A DNA stretch of 63,029 nt, filler included, from Nemertoderma westbladi (lineage: Eukaryota; Animalia; Xenacoelomorpha): the NCBI GenBank assembly GCA_032718475.1. It is 3 parts of 3 records of this genome, joined end to end, with 100 filler letters (N's around TTAATTAATTAA, not from the genome) between each part and the next. Parts side by side here need not be neighbours in the genome. Positions count along the whole stretch, not along the records: positions 52,881 to 63,029 come from JAUCBJ010005777.1; 2 more parts are not named here. One strand, given 5' to 3'. Made by a program: the position numbers and the translations under genes. Of this stretch, positions 62,320-63,029 are shown in pieces; position 1 is the first letter of the stretch, and each line of letters begins with the position of its first letter. The notes under the pieces were generated by a model. That model ran no database searches and was not told the DNA's origin. It saw only the letters and a list, made by a program, of their open reading frames with translations.

Positions 62320-63029
62320 GTTACTTTATAAATTTTTTAGATCTTGGCTCAAAAATTACAATTTTGATGGTATAAGGGATTTCGAGGACGCTGATCACGA
62401 TAAAACATGTCAAACTTTCTGGCAAATTTAAATTTTCTGGCAATGCATCAATCATTTTTGGTGCTATTTTCTGATTTTGGCCCCCCAGGACGAAAAGTAC
62501 AAGTATAAAATTACTAAACATTTTGTGTTTGGTTAGATAATTCTAAACGTATACGGGTTTTTGAGGTAGCTGATCGCGATGAAAGTAGTGATAAATATTT
62601 CTGGAATGTGCAATCCCAATTTTGGTGCCATTTTGGTACTCCAAAACGAAAAGTACAAGTAGCAAAAATTTGAAAATGTTAAATTTTGCCTTTTTTTGGT
62701 AATTCTGAAACTATACTGGTTTTCAAGGTCGCTAACGCAACTATCGTTTTTCGTGTTTGTCTGGTGGGACGAAAAATGCAAGTAGCCTACAATTTCAAAG
62801 GGAAAAAATCAAATTTGGTTGGATGGATAATACGATATTTATGAGTGTCATATTCGTGATCAGCATCCTAAAAAACCCCAAATGTTATAAAATCAGGTTG
62901 ATTTGGTAATGATTTTTCATTATGAAATTTGTGCTACTTGTATTTTTCGTGCCGCACATCGACACGTATCCAAAAAGCCGTAATCAACAAGGTACGATAT
63001 ATTTCAGGTCATATTATTCGTGTTGTAAC
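62320..63029. repeat. Degenerate ~170-bp-spaced repeats similar to those at the window start
   Basis: GGGTTTTTGAGGTAGCTGATC-like motif at ~62375, 62553 and 62717, and inverted at ~62855. Confidence 0.4.

Overview
Repeat-dominated eukaryotic DNA, probably from an invertebrate animal (spliceosomal introns, L2/CR1/RTE/CRE LINEs, BEL/Pao LTR elements, a tRNA-derived Nin/Deu-type SINE). It is three contigs joined by artificial N44-TTAATTAATTAA-N44 linkers (30357-30456, 52781-52880), so adjacency across those points means nothing. Contig 1 (1-30356) holds an L2 remnant, then a twice-repeated module of a ~750-bp spacer, a 63-bp satellite and a 22-bp TG-rich satellite. The second 22-mer array runs to the contig end and becomes perfectly uniform there. 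Contig 2 (30457-52780) holds the 5' half of an RTE LINE with a highly structured 5' UTR, a CR1-group remnant, and a decayed BEL/Pao element interrupted by a 9-kb minus-strand LTR element. That 9-kb element encodes Gag-protease plus a hydrophobic tail and a second unknown ORF, but no RT, RNase H or integrase. The 3' end of a related element with the same second ORF follows, then a 3.36-kb tandem duplication. Contig 3 (52881-63029) holds a decayed CRE-clade retrotransposon with an in-frame Ulp1/SENP-like protease remnant, an APE fragment split by a MITE, an L2 3' end, a SINE, and the first two exons of a secreted PAN/apple-domain host gene. The giant ORFs over the satellites are artefacts. The strongest leads are the RT-less BEL-like element with conserved ORF2, the Ulp1-bearing CRE element, the structured RTE leader, and the possibility that the 22-mer is telomeric. 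All family calls rest on motif recognition by eye; no searches were run.
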